Notes: generated from the sequence alone by a model not told the origin. Positions 39,328 through 49,248 are shown, counted from the stretch's first letter. The stretch: DNA of 64,000 nt from Nitrospinales bacterium (GCA_965223345.1 CBDCWG010000012.1:1920001-1984000); one strand, 5' to 3'. Numbers and translations are program-made.

Positions 39328-40758
39328 ATGGTATTCAACACCATCCGATCCCGATTGACGGCTTGGTATGTGGTGCTTCTCGGCATCATCCTGATCCTGT
39401 TCAGCGTATTCCTGCACTATTTTCTCTCCAAACGGCTGTACGAAAGTGTGGACAACTCCCTCAAGGTGTCCGCGACGGTGGTGGCGCAGTCGGCGTCGAT
39501 GAAATTCAACCAGGTGCCGCTGCCGGGGCTGGAGCGTTTTTTCGAGCAGTTTCTGGGATACGAAAACCTCAACAAGTTCTACCGCATCTACGACGGCTCC
39601 GGAAACGTGGGCTCCCGATCCAAGGGGATCAACGCCTCCAAGTTCCCCCTCACCCAGGAGGCCTATTCCGATGCGCTGAAAGGCGAGACCACCTACGAAA
39701 CCATCACCATCGACAACGTGTCGCCGATCCGCATGATCACCATGCCGGTGCTGCGCGACAACAAGCTGGTCAACCTGGTGCAGGTGGGCACGTCGCTGGA
39801 ATCGGTGCAGGAAACCCTGAAGAACCTGCAGATCTTCATGTTCGCCGCCGTGCCGTCGGTGCTTTTGATCGCCACGCTGTTCGGGCGGTTCATGGCCCGG
39901 CGCGCGCTCAAGCCGGTGGCCAAGATCATCCAGACGGCGCGGGAGGTGACCGGCGGGGTGGACCTCAGCAAGCGCATCCCCGTTCCCGAGGTGCAGGATG
40001 AAATCGGCCAGCTCGCCACCACGTTCAACGACATGATGGACCGGCTGGACGGCTCGTTCAAACAGATGCAGCAGTTCAGCAGCGACGCCTCGCACGAGCT
40101 GCGCACGCCGCTGACGGTGCTGCAGGGGCAGAACGAATTGATCCTGAACAAGCAGAGAAACGCCAAGGAATATCAGGAGGTGATCTCCAGCAATTTGGAG
40201 GAGATCAACTACATGTCGAAGGTCCTGGAGGATCTGTTCGTGCTCTCCCGCTCGGATGAAAACCAGATCCAGCTCGACTGCAAGCCGATGGATTTGAGAG
40301 AGATCATCGACGAAGTCTACAAGCATGCGGAAGCGCTGGCGGCGGAAAAGAACATCCGCATCTCCATCGCCTTTCTCGAACCGGTGAGCATCAACGGCGA
40401 CGCGGTGCGGCTGCGGCAGATGGTGTGGAATATCCTGCACAACGCGATCAAGTACACGCCGCCGGGCCAGCAGATCAAGCTTTCACTGGAAGATCAGGGC
40501 GACTCGGCCTATCTGACGGTGCAGGATACCGGCATCGGCATTTCCGAAGAGGACCTGCCCCACATCTTCAACCGGTTTTTCCGGGTGGACAAGGCGCGCT
40601 CGCGCAAGGAAGGCGGCAGCGGACTGGGGCTCAGCATCTGCAAGCACATCGTCGAGGCGCACAAAGGCAGGATCGATGTGGAAAGCGAAATCGGCAAGGG
40701 CACCAAGTTCAAGATCAAGCTGCCCAAGATCGCCTCGATGAAACCCCTCAGCGCCTGA
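39328..40758 (+). CDS. Heavy-metal sensor histidine kinase (CusS/CzcS type)
   Basis: Two TM helices, HAMP, SHELRTPL, NAIKY, DTGIGI and GSGLGLSI motifs. Confidence 0.92.
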   Translation: MVFNTIRSRLTAWYVVLLGIILILFSVFLHYFLSKRLYESVDNSLKVSATVVAQSASMKFNQVPLPGLERFFEQFLGYENLNKFYRIYDGSGNVGSRSKGINASKFPLTQEAYSDALKGETTYETITIDNVSPIRMITMPVLRDNKLVNLVQVGTSLESVQETLKNLQIFMFAAVPSVLLIATLFGRFMARRALKPVAKIIQTAREVTGGVDLSKRIPVPEVQDEIGQLATTFNDMMDRLDGSFKQMQQFSSDASHELRTPLTVLQGQNELILNKQRNAKEYQEVISSNLEEINYMSKVLEDLFVLSRSDENQIQLDCKPMDLREIIDEVYKHAEALAAEKNIRISIAFLEPVSINGDAVRLRQMVWNILHNAIKYTPPGQQIKLSLEDQGDSAYLTVQDTGIGISEEDLPHIFNRFFRVDKARSRKEGGSGLGLSICKHIVEAHKGRIDVESEIGKGTKFKIKLPKIASMKPLSA

Positions 40759-40866
40759 GCGCACGATCTAAGAATCGGAAGCAAACTTCATTTGTGGAAT
40801 AAATAGAAATAGGGAGGAATCTGAGATAGGGGTCAACAGCTTATTTCCCAGACGGGGCAAAAGAAT

Positions 40867-42912
40867 ATGAACGGGGTGTTGTCAAAGCGAAGCTGGGTCG
40901 TTTTTCTGACAATCGTACTTTTGCTTTTGCTGGATCTGGGCCGCTCGATCAACGCCCGTGTGGGGTTTGAGGAACCACCGGAGTTGTGGGAACCCGATCC
41001 CACGGTATATGCGAACCTGACCTGGCCCCCGGGTTCGGATCTTCCGGAGAACACGCCCGTGGGGGAGCGGGTTTTCATGCAACGCTGCGCCGTCTGTCAT
41101 GGACCCGATGGCCGTGGAAACGGTCCCGCCGCACCTTCCCTCATTCCTCGCCCGCGCAACTTCACCCAGGGACAGTTCAAGTACAAATCCACACCGGGAG
41201 ACAAGCCACCGCTGGATGCCGACCTGATTCGCACCATCACCAACGGCCTCCAGGCGAGTGCCATGTCGTATTTCAAGGACCTGCTCAGCGAGAACGAAAT
41301 CCGCGAGGTTGTGAAATACATCAAGGCGATGTCCCCCGTTTTCGAAGGTCCTTCGGCCGAGCCTCTCGCGATTCCCGCACGCGTGAAACCGGATGCAGCC
41401 AGTGTCGAACGAGGCAAGGACCTGTTCATCGCGAACGGGTGCATGGTCTGCCACGGAACGGACGGGCGGGGAGGGCTGCCGCTAGAAGAGAACACGGGGT
41501 ATCCGCTGATCTCGCGCGACCTCACGGCCCCGTGGACGTTTCGGGGCGGGAGCGAACCGGAGCAGATCTGGTTGCGCGTCACCACGGGAATGGCTCCCGG
41601 CCCCATGCCGGCTTTCGAGGAAGTGATGAGCCCGGAAGAACGCTGGGATGTGGTGAACTACGTGCTGTCGCTTGCCCGCATCCCGCCGTGGGAACCGGGA
41701 GGCCAGCTCGACGGCCCTGGCCAGCAAGAAGATTTGCTGACACGCGGGCGGTACATTCTGCACTCGCAGATGTGCGGGCTCTGCCACACGCAGGTGAATA
41801 AAACGGGGATCTATCGCGGCGATGACTATTATCTGGCTGGAGGGATGCGGGTCGGCGTTTACCCGCATGCGGTCTATATTTCCCGCAATCTCACTCCCGA
41901 CGAGGAAACCGGGTTGGGCAAGTGGACCGAGGAGCAAATCGCAAACGCCCTGCGCAATGGCCGGGCGCCCGAAAGGCTGCTCAATTCGTGGGCCATGATC
42001 TGGCCGTTCTTTCACAGCCTGGAAGAAAAGGATGCGCTGGCCATCGCCACGTATCTGAAGTCGCGTTCTCCGGTGCGCAACCAGATTCCGCCTCCCTTGT
42101 ATTACGGTGTCGTCGAAACCATTGCCGTCAAACTCACCGGCCCGCTGCCGGAAGGAATGCCGAAGACCCTCACCTATGGCGCTGGAAACTTCGGCCAGCC
42201 CGATCTCGGTTCGTTCCCGGATCTCCCTCAACGGGTGCTGATCGGCGGACAATGGCTGGTGCTCGCTGTCGGTGTGGTTGCCTTTGTTTTCGCCGGTCCG
42301 CGGGAGCGCCGGTTTCCAAAGAACAAAAAGGGCTGGCTCCTCACAGGGCTAAAACTTTTGGGAATCGGGATCTTGGTGCTGGCAGGGGTTTTTCTTTACC
42401 ACACGCCCACCTTGAGCATCATTCCTCCGGAAACGATTGCGGAGGGCGTGACCGTACAAATGCCCGATACGGACCCGGCGAAGATCAAAAGTCCGGAACA
42501 GGCCGCCATGGTGGAACGCGGCCGATACCTGTTCAAGATCGTATCGTGCAATATGTGTCACGGGCAAAACGCAAGCGGCGGGCAAAAAATCAGTTGGCGG
42601 CCCGCGGGCACGCACTGGACGCGCAATCTCACTCCGCATCCGAAGGCCGGTACCGGGGCCTGGAGCGATAAAGAAATCGCGCGGGCGATTCGCAGTGGGA
42701 TATCCAGGGACGGTCGGCCGTTACACTGGCAGGGGATGGTCTGGGACCACGCCTCGAACCTGGATGAGGAAGACGTGCGCTCGGTGATCGCGTTTCTGCG
42801 CACTCTACCGCCGGTCGAACGGGAAGTCACTCCGTTTCATCATCCGGACGGAAGCGACTGCAAATACGCGACCATCTGGCTTGTGGAAAACAACACTCCG
42901 GGCTGCCAGTAG
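40867..42912 (+). CDS. Membrane-anchored tetraheme cytochrome c
   Basis: CAVCH, CMVCH, CGLCH and CNMCH; repeated NLTP..TG.G.W motifs; N-terminal TM and two internal TM helices. Confidence 0.9.
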   Translation: MNGVLSKRSWVVFLTIVLLLLLDLGRSINARVGFEEPPELWEPDPTVYANLTWPPGSDLPENTPVGERVFMQRCAVCHGPDGRGNGPAAPSLIPRPRNFTQGQFKYKSTPGDKPPLDADLIRTITNGLQASAMSYFKDLLSENEIREVVKYIKAMSPVFEGPSAEPLAIPARVKPDAASVERGKDLFIANGCMVCHGTDGRGGLPLEENTGYPLISRDLTAPWTFRGGSEPEQIWLRVTTGMAPGPMPAFEEVMSPEERWDVVNYVLSLARIPPWEPGGQLDGPGQQEDLLTRGRYILHSQMCGLCHTQVNKTGIYRGDDYYLAGGMRVGVYPHAVYISRNLTPDEETGLGKWTEEQIANALRNGRAPERLLNSWAMIWPFFHSLEEKDALAIATYLKSRSPVRNQIPPPLYYGVVETIAVKLTGPLPEGMPKTLTYGAGNFGQPDLGSFPDLPQRVLIGGQWLVLAVGVVAFVFAGPRERRFPKNKKGWLLTGLKLLGIGILVLAGVFLYHTPTLSIIPPETIAEGVTVQMPDTDPAKIKSPEQAAMVERGRYLFKIVSCNMCHGQNASGGQKISWRPAGTHWTRNLTPHPKAGTGAWSDKEIARAIRSGISRDGRPLHWQGMVWDHASNLDEEDVRSVIAFLRTLPPVEREVTPFHHPDGSDCKYATIWLVENNTPGCQ

Positions 42913-42987
42913 CGCCGAAGGAACGGCCCATAGCGGTCATTTCCGGTAGCGCCTCATGAAAGCTGCCGGGATCGCGTTGATACCGGA

Positions 42988-43254
42988 TCATCTCGGAAAC
43001 CGGTATTTGACTCCTTTCTTTTCACAAAACTCTTTCAGAGTGTAAGCCAGGGAACCTTCCCGTTTTTCCAGTTGCAGATATTCGTAATAGGCGTCCGCGA
43101 AATCTTTAAAACCTCTCCGTTTTAATTTCTTTATTTTACTGACTTCTTCCACGGTCAGCTTGAATGTTTCGGAAGCGGATTCATTCAATGCCTCCTGCAC
43201 CCAGTTATCATCTGATTTCGACTGACTCAATGACAAGGCTCCCTGTTCGGTCAA
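42988..43254 (-). CDS. AT-rich hypothetical protein or gene fragment
   Basis: 88-aa ORF with a TTG start and no recognised motif. Confidence 0.35.
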   Translation of the reverse strand: MTEQGALSLSQSKSDDNWVQEALNESASETFKLTVEEVSKIKKLKRRGFKDFADAYYEYLQLEKREGSLAYTLKEFCEKKGVKYRFPR

Positions 43255-43315
43255 AGGCGTCCGGTTTTGATGGCGGTGGTTTGCAGAGCGCGGGCCCGCC
43301 AGTCTGCGCGCCGGT

Positions 43316-43783
43316 TCATTCCGTCAACGCGATGTCGAAATGCGACACCTCTTCACGCGTTCCCAGTTTCGAGTACAGCGCTTCGGCAGGCGCGTCACCG
43401 CGATCGGCCTGCACGATGATGACATAGGCCCCGCGCGTCACCGCAATTTTCTTCAATTCCTGGATCAGCGCCGTCGCGATTCCCTCGCGCCGGTGGGTAG
43501 CCGCAACGGCGAGATCGTAGATGTAGATCTCGCTGCGTTCCTGCTCGAACTTCTGCAGCTCATAGGCCGTGAGCCCGCCGACGACCGCGCCGTTCTTCAA
43601 CGCGGCCAGCGCGATGAAATACTCGCTGCCGAGCAGGCGCTCAAGATAAGCGGTGCTCGGCTGGGCCGCACAATATGCCTCAATTTCCTGAAACGCCTCG
43701 CCGAATGTGGTCAACAGGGCCTGCATCAGCGCCACGTCCTTCGGCGAGAGTGCGCGTATGCTGAACGATGGGGGCGTTGCCAT
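43316..43783 (-). CDS. AAC(3)-I family aminoglycoside 3-N-acetyltransferase
   Basis: [66 protein letters not shown]. Confidence 0.88.
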   Translation of the reverse strand: MATPPSFSIRALSPKDVALMQALLTTFGEAFQEIEAYCAAQPSTAYLERLLGSEYFIALAALKNGAVVGGLTAYELQKFEQERSEIYIYDLAVAATHRREGIATALIQELKKIAVTRGAYVIIVQADRGDAPAEALYSKLGTREEVSHFDIALTE

Positions 43784-43846
43784 GATTATCCCGATCCTCG
43801 GCGTTCCTTGAGTCGCGATCTCTTCAGTTTCCCGGCCGCGCTGTTC

Positions 43847-45358
43847 TCAATGAATCTGGATGACGACGTTTTTCACCTGGGTGTAGGATTCCAGGGCGTG
43901 CACGCCCATTTCCCGGCCGTAGCCGCTGCGCTTGTAGCCGCCGAAGGGGGCCGCCGCGTCGAAGATATTGTGGCAGTTGACCCAGACGGTGCCCGCCTTG
44001 AGGTCCCGCGCCACTTTGTGGGCCTTGTCGATGTCCTTGGTCCACACGCTGGCGGCCAGTCCGTAGGTGGTGCTGTTGCCGCGGGCGATCACATCGTCCA
44101 GATCCTCGAAGGGGGCGGCGGCCAGCACCGGGCCGAAGATCTCTTCCTGCACGATGCGCATCCCGGTGTCGATGCTGTCGAACACCGTCGGCTCCACGAA
44201 GCAGCCCTGTTCCATGCCGCCGCCGGGCGCTTTGCCTCCGGTGAGGGTTTTCGCGCCTTCGGATTCGCCGGAGCGGATGTAGCTCAGCACCCGTTCCTGC
44301 TGTTCTTTGGACACCAGCGGGCCCATTTCCGTTTCCGGGTGCATGCCCGGCCCCAGTTTGATCTTTTTGGCGTGGTCGGAAACCCGTTCCACCAGTTCCT
44401 GGTAGATCTTCTGGTGCACCAGCAGGCGCGAACCGGCGGCGCAGCACTGGCCGTGGTTGAAGAAGATGGCTCCAGAGACGCCCAGCGCCGCGGTTTCCAG
44501 ATCGGCGTCGGGAAACACGATGCTGGGCGATTTGCCGCCCAGCTCGAGGGTGACGCGCTTGAGGTTGCCGGCGGAGGCTTTGACGATCTCGTGCCCGACT
44601 TCGGTGCTGCCGGTGAACGCGACCTTGTCCACATCCGGGTGCGCCGCAAGATGCGCGCCCGCGTCGCCGAATCCGGTGACGATGTTCACCACGCCGTCGG
44701 GAAAGCCCGCCTGGGCAAACAGGTCCGCCAGCCGCAGTGCCGAAAGCGGCGTCTGCTCGGCGGGTTTGAGGACCACGCAGTTTCCCGCCGCCAGCGCCAC
44801 GCCGAGTTTCCAGGCCGCCATGAGCAGCGGGAAATTCCAGGGGATGATCTGGCCCACGACGCCCATCGGTTCGCGGCGGGTGAAATCGAAAAACTCCGCG
44901 CCCGGTGCGTAGGGCACCGAGATGTCGATGGTCTCGCCGTGGATCTTGGTGGCAAGACCGGCGTAGTAGCGGAAATGGTCCACGACCAGCGGAATGTCGG
45001 CGATGCGCGAGATGGTGATCGGCTTGCCGTTGTCCAGGGTTTCGAGCTGGGCGAATTCCTCGGCGTTTTCCTCGATCAGGTCCGCGAGCTTCCACAGCAG
45101 TTTGCCGCGTTCGGAGGGGGTGATCTTTTTCCAGGGGCCGCTTTCGAACGCCTTGCGGGCTGCGGCGACGGCGCGGTCGATGTCTTCCGGGCCGCCCCGG
45201 GGCACGGCGGTCAGCTGCCGGTTGTTGGAAGGGTCCTGCACCTCGAACGATTCCCCGCTCGCGGCATCGACGCGTTTCCCGTCGATCAGCAGCTTTTGCG
45301 GGCTGTTGAGGAAAGTTTGGATCTCGCTGATGGGTTCGGGTATGGTTGCGGTGGTCAT
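43847..45358 (-). CDS. NAD(P)-dependent aldehyde dehydrogenase (phenylacetaldehyde DH-like)
   Basis: IIPWNFP, FTGSTEVG, LELGGKSP, GQCCAAG, EEIFGP and PFGGYK motifs. Confidence 0.95.
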   Translation of the reverse strand: MTTATIPEPISEIQTFLNSPQKLLIDGKRVDAASGESFEVQDPSNNRQLTAVPRGGPEDIDRAVAAARKAFESGPWKKITPSERGKLLWKLADLIEENAEEFAQLETLDNGKPITISRIADIPLVVDHFRYYAGLATKIHGETIDISVPYAPGAEFFDFTRREPMGVVGQIIPWNFPLLMAAWKLGVALAAGNCVVLKPAEQTPLSALRLADLFAQAGFPDGVVNIVTGFGDAGAHLAAHPDVDKVAFTGSTEVGHEIVKASAGNLKRVTLELGGKSPSIVFPDADLETAALGVSGAIFFNHGQCCAAGSRLLVHQKIYQELVERVSDHAKKIKLGPGMHPETEMGPLVSKEQQERVLSYIRSGESEGAKTLTGGKAPGGGMEQGCFVEPTVFDSIDTGMRIVQEEIFGPVLAAAPFEDLDDVIARGNSTTYGLAASVWTKDIDKAHKVARDLKAGTVWVNCHNIFDAAAPFGGYKRSGYGREMGVHALESYTQVKNVVIQIH

Positions 45359-45565
45359 GGTTCTCTCCCAGGCAAAAAGGCTTCATCGAATCCGGCTGCG
45401 GCCGGATGGAAATGGCGGATTTAAGGGGCCGATGGCAATATTATTATATGGATTTCGGCAAAAACAAACCCCTTTTTCGGGCCTGAAAAAGGGCGAAAAA
45501 GTGCGGAGAGAGGCCCAATCGGGCGCCCGGCGGGGAGCCTGGGAAGTGCGGAATGGGAGCGGGAG

Positions 45566-46018
45566 TCAGTTGATCCAGATGAGGGGTTTGTGGATCCAGG
45601 CGATGTCGCCGGCGCTGTCCTGGATCTGCACCCAGTTGTCTTTTTCCTTCAGGATCTTCATGGAGAAGTATTTGTCAACGGGGCTCCAGGCGACCTGCGG
45701 GAAGTCCGTGCCGGGGCCTTTGCGCAGGTTGGTTTCGTTTTCCTTGATGACCGCGCATTTGTATTTTTTGGTGATCAGCTTCTGGTGCACCCAGTAGATG
45801 TCTCCATCCAGATCCTGGACGCGGTACCACTTGCCTTTTTTCTTCAATTCCTTCAGGGGCATGTACTGGAACACCTGCCACAGCTTTTCGAAGTGGGTGC
45901 CCGGTCCCTGACGCAGGTTGGCTTTTTTGTTGCTGATGCACAACGCTTCGGATTCCGCCCCCAGGGAAAGGAGGAAGAACACGCAAGCGAGGATGATTCC
46001 GATCGATGATTTGTTCAT
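45566..46018 (-). CDS. Exported bacterial SH3-domain protein (two SH3)
   Basis: Two NLR.GPGT...W....D..G...W repeats after a signal peptide. Confidence 0.88.
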   Translation of the reverse strand: MNKSSIGIILACVFFLLSLGAESEALCISNKKANLRQGPGTHFEKLWQVFQYMPLKELKKKGKWYRVQDLDGDIYWVHQKLITKKYKCAVIKENETNLRKGPGTDFPQVAWSPVDKYFSMKILKEKDNWVQIQDSAGDIAWIHKPLIWIN

Positions 46019-46440
46019 GGCTGGTTTCCGGCGTGTCGGCTGAAGAACAGGTTTCTCAAACAGGAGTTTGTTGTCCTCCAAAAAAGCAAAAGGAGAAAAA
46101 GCCAACATCCGCTTTATCTCCTACCTGTAATGATATCAAATAATTCGGGCGAATTGGAGATTTTCTTTCAATGCGTTGCGGTTTCCCGTGATGAACGTGG
46201 GGGCCGAGTGGGTCGTGCATTGCGAATCAGCGGGAATTTTTAAACTGGCAAACCGGGCCGGGAAAATTTTGCCCCGCAACCGAAAGGGGCGTTAAAATTT
46301 TCGCGCCCGCTTGCCGAGGAAATAGCACAGGGATTTTTTATTTTCAAGGTTGAAACCCTCGTCTGGCCGGAACCCGGCTGGTTGGGCGCGCCGGGGGCCG
46401 ATATGACGGGAACCGAAAATAATATAAAACGGAATAACGG

Positions 46441-47574
46441 ATGATCCTGGCGGTCACACTCATGCAATTTGCGGCCATCGCGGCGGTGGTGGTGTATCTC
46501 ACGGTCAACATGCTGCACCTCGTGCGGCTGACGCCCGCGACGGAAAAGGCGGCGTCTGCGCCTTTCGTTTCGGTCTGCGTTCCGGCGCGCAACGAGGCGC
46601 GCGACATCGAGCGCTGCCTGAACTCGCTCCTGAACCAGGCGTATCCGCACTTCGAGGTGATCGCCGTGAACGACCACTCGACCGACGGCACGGGCGCCAT
46701 CCTCAAGGCATTGTCAGCTCGTGACGACCGGCTGATTGCGATCGAGGGCGCGGCGCTGCCGCAAGGCTGGCTGGGCAAACCGTTCGCGCTACATCAGGCG
46801 CAGGCGAAAGCGCAGGGCGAGTTGCTGCTGTTCACCGACGCGGACCTGTTTTTCGAGCCGCACGCCCTGGAAACGGCGGTGCAGGCTTTGACACAGCGCC
46901 AGGTGGATTTGCTGACGCTGATGCCGGGCTCGCAGTTCGTTTCCTTCTGGGAGCGGGCGGTGCAGCCGGTGGTGTTCGGGATGATCGCTTCGCTCAGCCG
47001 CTTCCGCAAGATCAACCGGCCGGAGTTTTCCAGCGCCGTGGGGTTCGGGGCGTTCCTGCTGTTTCGCCGCGACGCGTATGCGAAGATCGGCGGTCACGCA
47101 AGCGTGCGACAGGAGGTGGTGGAGGACATGATGCTGGCCAAGCGGGCAAAGAAAATGGGGCTGCGCCTTTTGGCCGCCGAGGGGAAATCGCTGTTGTCGC
47201 TGCGCATGTACCACTCGCTCGGCGAAATCTGGAGGGGCTGGCGGAAAAACCTGTTCATCGCGCTCAAACGCTCGGTGCCGCGCACGCTGTATTATGCCGC
47301 CGTGCTGCTGGTGTTTCTCACCACGCCCTGGCTGGTGCTGGCGGCCAATCTCACGCTTGGGACGAGCGGGTTGGCGACGGCGATCGCCGTGGCCGGGGTG
47401 GGGCTGACGCTGGCCGCATCGTTCAAGCTGTGCCGGGAACTCAGGATGGGGCTGGCGAACGCCCTGCTGTTTCCGCTCGGTGCGGTGGTGGCCGCGGCGA
47501 TCATGCTAAACTCGATGGCGCAGGCGTTGATCTGGCGGCGCACCGAATGGCGCGGCCGCACCTACGAGGCGTGA
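46441..47574 (+). CDS. GT2 membrane glycosyltransferase (HpnB/CruG-like)
   Basis: VPARNE, NDHSTDGT, GWLGK, FTDAD, EDM and WRGR motifs. Confidence 0.88.
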   Translation: MILAVTLMQFAAIAAVVVYLTVNMLHLVRLTPATEKAASAPFVSVCVPARNEARDIERCLNSLLNQAYPHFEVIAVNDHSTDGTGAILKALSARDDRLIAIEGAALPQGWLGKPFALHQAQAKAQGELLLFTDADLFFEPHALETAVQALTQRQVDLLTLMPGSQFVSFWERAVQPVVFGMIASLSRFRKINRPEFSSAVGFGAFLLFRRDAYAKIGGHASVRQEVVEDMMLAKRAKKMGLRLLAAEGKSLLSLRMYHSLGEIWRGWRKNLFIALKRSVPRTLYYAAVLLVFLTTPWLVLAANLTLGTSGLATAIAVAGVGLTLAASFKLCRELRMGLANALLFPLGAVVAAAIMLNSMAQALIWRRTEWRGRTYEA

Positions 47575-47613
47575 CGCACTGATTTGGCAATTTGATTCTG
47601 TATAAGGAGGCAC

Positions 47614-48537
47614 ATGGAAGATTATCCGAGACTGTTCATCAAAGCCGGGCTGATTTACGCGCTGCTGGGCGCCGTGCTGGGGATCGCGATGGCGATCGAG
47701 CCGGCGCTCGCCGGGCGCGTTCGCTTCGTGCACATCCACCTCAACCTGCTCGGCTTCATGACTATGTTCGTGGCGGGGGTGGCGTTCCATGTGCTGCCGC
47801 GTTTCAACGCCAACCCGGTGCCCTGGCCAGCGGGGGTGAAATACCAGTTTTACCTGCAAAACACCGGGCTCATCGGCATGGTGGCGCTGGCGGTGGCCAC
47901 GCCGTGGCGGGATATGCCGTACCGGGCGCTGTTCATCCTGTTCGCGCTTATGGCGGCGGTGGCGATCGCGTTCATGTTCTACAACCTGTATTTCGTCCTG
48001 CGTCCGGCGCAACCGGCGTCGGCGCGGCCCGAGAAGATCACCGGCGACATGAAGGTGTCGGAAGTGCTGCAGCATTTTCCGCAGTCGATGCCGCTGTTTC
48101 TGCAAGCCGGGTTCACGGCGCTCAAAAACCCGGCGGCGCGCCAGACCTTCGCCAAAGTGGTGAGCGTGGAAAAGGCCTGCGAAAAGCACGGCGTGGATGC
48201 GGAGCAATTCCTGCGCAGCCTGAACGCACAGCTTCTGGGAAAAACACCGGCCGCGCCTGAACCCAATCCCATAAAACCGGCGGAAACGGCGGGAGTGGGG
48301 GAGGGCAAGGAAATCACCAAAGGTGAAGCCTGTGCCGGCGACACGCGGGTGGGCAGCCTGATTGCGGTGTATCCCGCGACCAAGGCGGTGTTCGAGAAGC
48401 ATTACGGCGAGGGCTGCTTCTCCTGCCCCGGCCAGATCTACGAAACCGTCGGTCAGACCGCGCAGATGCACAACATCGATCCCAATCTCATATTGAGCGA
48501 GATCAACGCCGTGATCGCGGATGAGAACAGGAAGTAA
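47614..48537 (+). CDS. Membrane protein (HxHxxLxG helical N-terminus) fused to two DUF1858-like domains
   Basis: VHIHLNLLGF..VAFHVLPRF; ITGDMKVSEVL..FP and RVGSLIAVYP..GCFSCPG..ETV...A.MH. Confidence 0.78.
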   Translation: MEDYPRLFIKAGLIYALLGAVLGIAMAIEPALAGRVRFVHIHLNLLGFMTMFVAGVAFHVLPRFNANPVPWPAGVKYQFYLQNTGLIGMVALAVATPWRDMPYRALFILFALMAAVAIAFMFYNLYFVLRPAQPASARPEKITGDMKVSEVLQHFPQSMPLFLQAGFTALKNPAARQTFAKVVSVEKACEKHGVDAEQFLRSLNAQLLGKTPAAPEPNPIKPAETAGVGEGKEITKGEACAGDTRVGSLIAVYPATKAVFEKHYGEGCFSCPGQIYETVGQTAQMHNIDPNLILSEINAVIADENRK

Positions 48538-48539
48538 GG

Positions 48540-48585
48540 GGACAGGATGAAAGCGAAAACCTGCCTCGCGCAAAGGCGCCAAGCC
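48540..48585 (+). repeat. Composite A+B repeat, left end of slot 3
   Basis: GGACAGGATGAAAGCGAAAACCTGCCTCGCGCAAAGGCGCCAAGCC, 2 nt after the stop at 48537; carries a single ACAGGAT unit. Confidence 0.85.
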
Positions 48586-48676
48586 ACCTCCAGTATTTTG
48601 ATAAGCGGGTGGCGGTAACAAGTCCCGCACTTCCTCATTAAACTGACCAAAAGGAAGGTCGTCGAGCTTGGCTCGA

Positions 48677-48866
48677 CCTCCCCTGGAGGGAGAGGGTGGG
48701 GTGAGGGGGAATAAAAAATGCTCCTATCCCCTTCTGTCGGCTATGAGCCTGTCGCCCTTCGACAGGCTCAGGGTGACAATCGACTGTCATGCTGAGCTTG
48801 TCGAAGCATGACCTCGCACCCTTCGGCAGAGCTTGTCTTGAGCTCGCCGAAGGACTCCGGGTGACA
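48677..48866. repeat. Cluster of REP-like palindromic repeats
   Basis: GGAGGGAGAGGGTGGGGTGAGGGG (within 48677-48709); TGAGCCTGTCG-ccctt-CGACAGGCTCA (48744-48770); GTCATGCT-gagcttgtcga-AGCATGAC (48786-48812); a further CCTTCGGC...GCCGAAGG..GGGTGAC unit. Confidence 0.8.
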
Positions 48867-48897
48867 GGTTGTGGCAAGGGGAATGAAAGGAAGGGAT

Positions 48898-49248
48898 GTG
48901 AGCCGCTCCGATGACAGGGACGCTTTCAAAAATTTCGTGCTCGACCAGCTGCGCGGGCTGGGGCCGGTGGAGGCGAAGCGCATGTTTGGCGGTTTCGGGC
49001 TGTACCACCGCGAGCTGTTCTTCGCCATCATCGCGGACGACCGGCTGTACTTCAAAACCTCCGAGAAGACGGTCTCCGAATATCTGGAATGGGGCATGCG
49101 GCCCTTCCAGACCAGCTCCAGACAGACGCTGAAAAACTATTACGAAGTCCCGGCGGACGTTCTGGAAGACGACGAGCGGCTGGCCGAATGGGCCCAGAAT
49201 GCGGTGGAGGTGGCTGTTCAATCAGGCGGAAAAAAGCAAAGAAAGTGA
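48898..49248 (+). CDS. TfoX/Sxy N-terminal domain protein
   Basis: KRMFGGFGLY..FFAII.DD.LYFK and YYEVP.DVLED motifs. Confidence 0.9.
   Translation: MSRSDDRDAFKNFVLDQLRGLGPVEAKRMFGGFGLYHRELFFAIIADDRLYFKTSEKTVSEYLEWGMRPFQTSSRQTLKNYYEVPADVLEDDERLAEWAQNAVEVAVQSGGKKQRK

Noticed and set aside
43255..43315. attC site downstream of aac(3)-I, or an integron explaining the cassettes
   Set aside because: No RYYYAAC...GTTRRRY core pair was recognised and there is no integron integrase in the window.
48898..49248. TfoX as a competence master regulator driving cassette uptake
   Set aside because: Only the N-terminal domain is present, such proteins are widespread, and no competence genes lie nearby.
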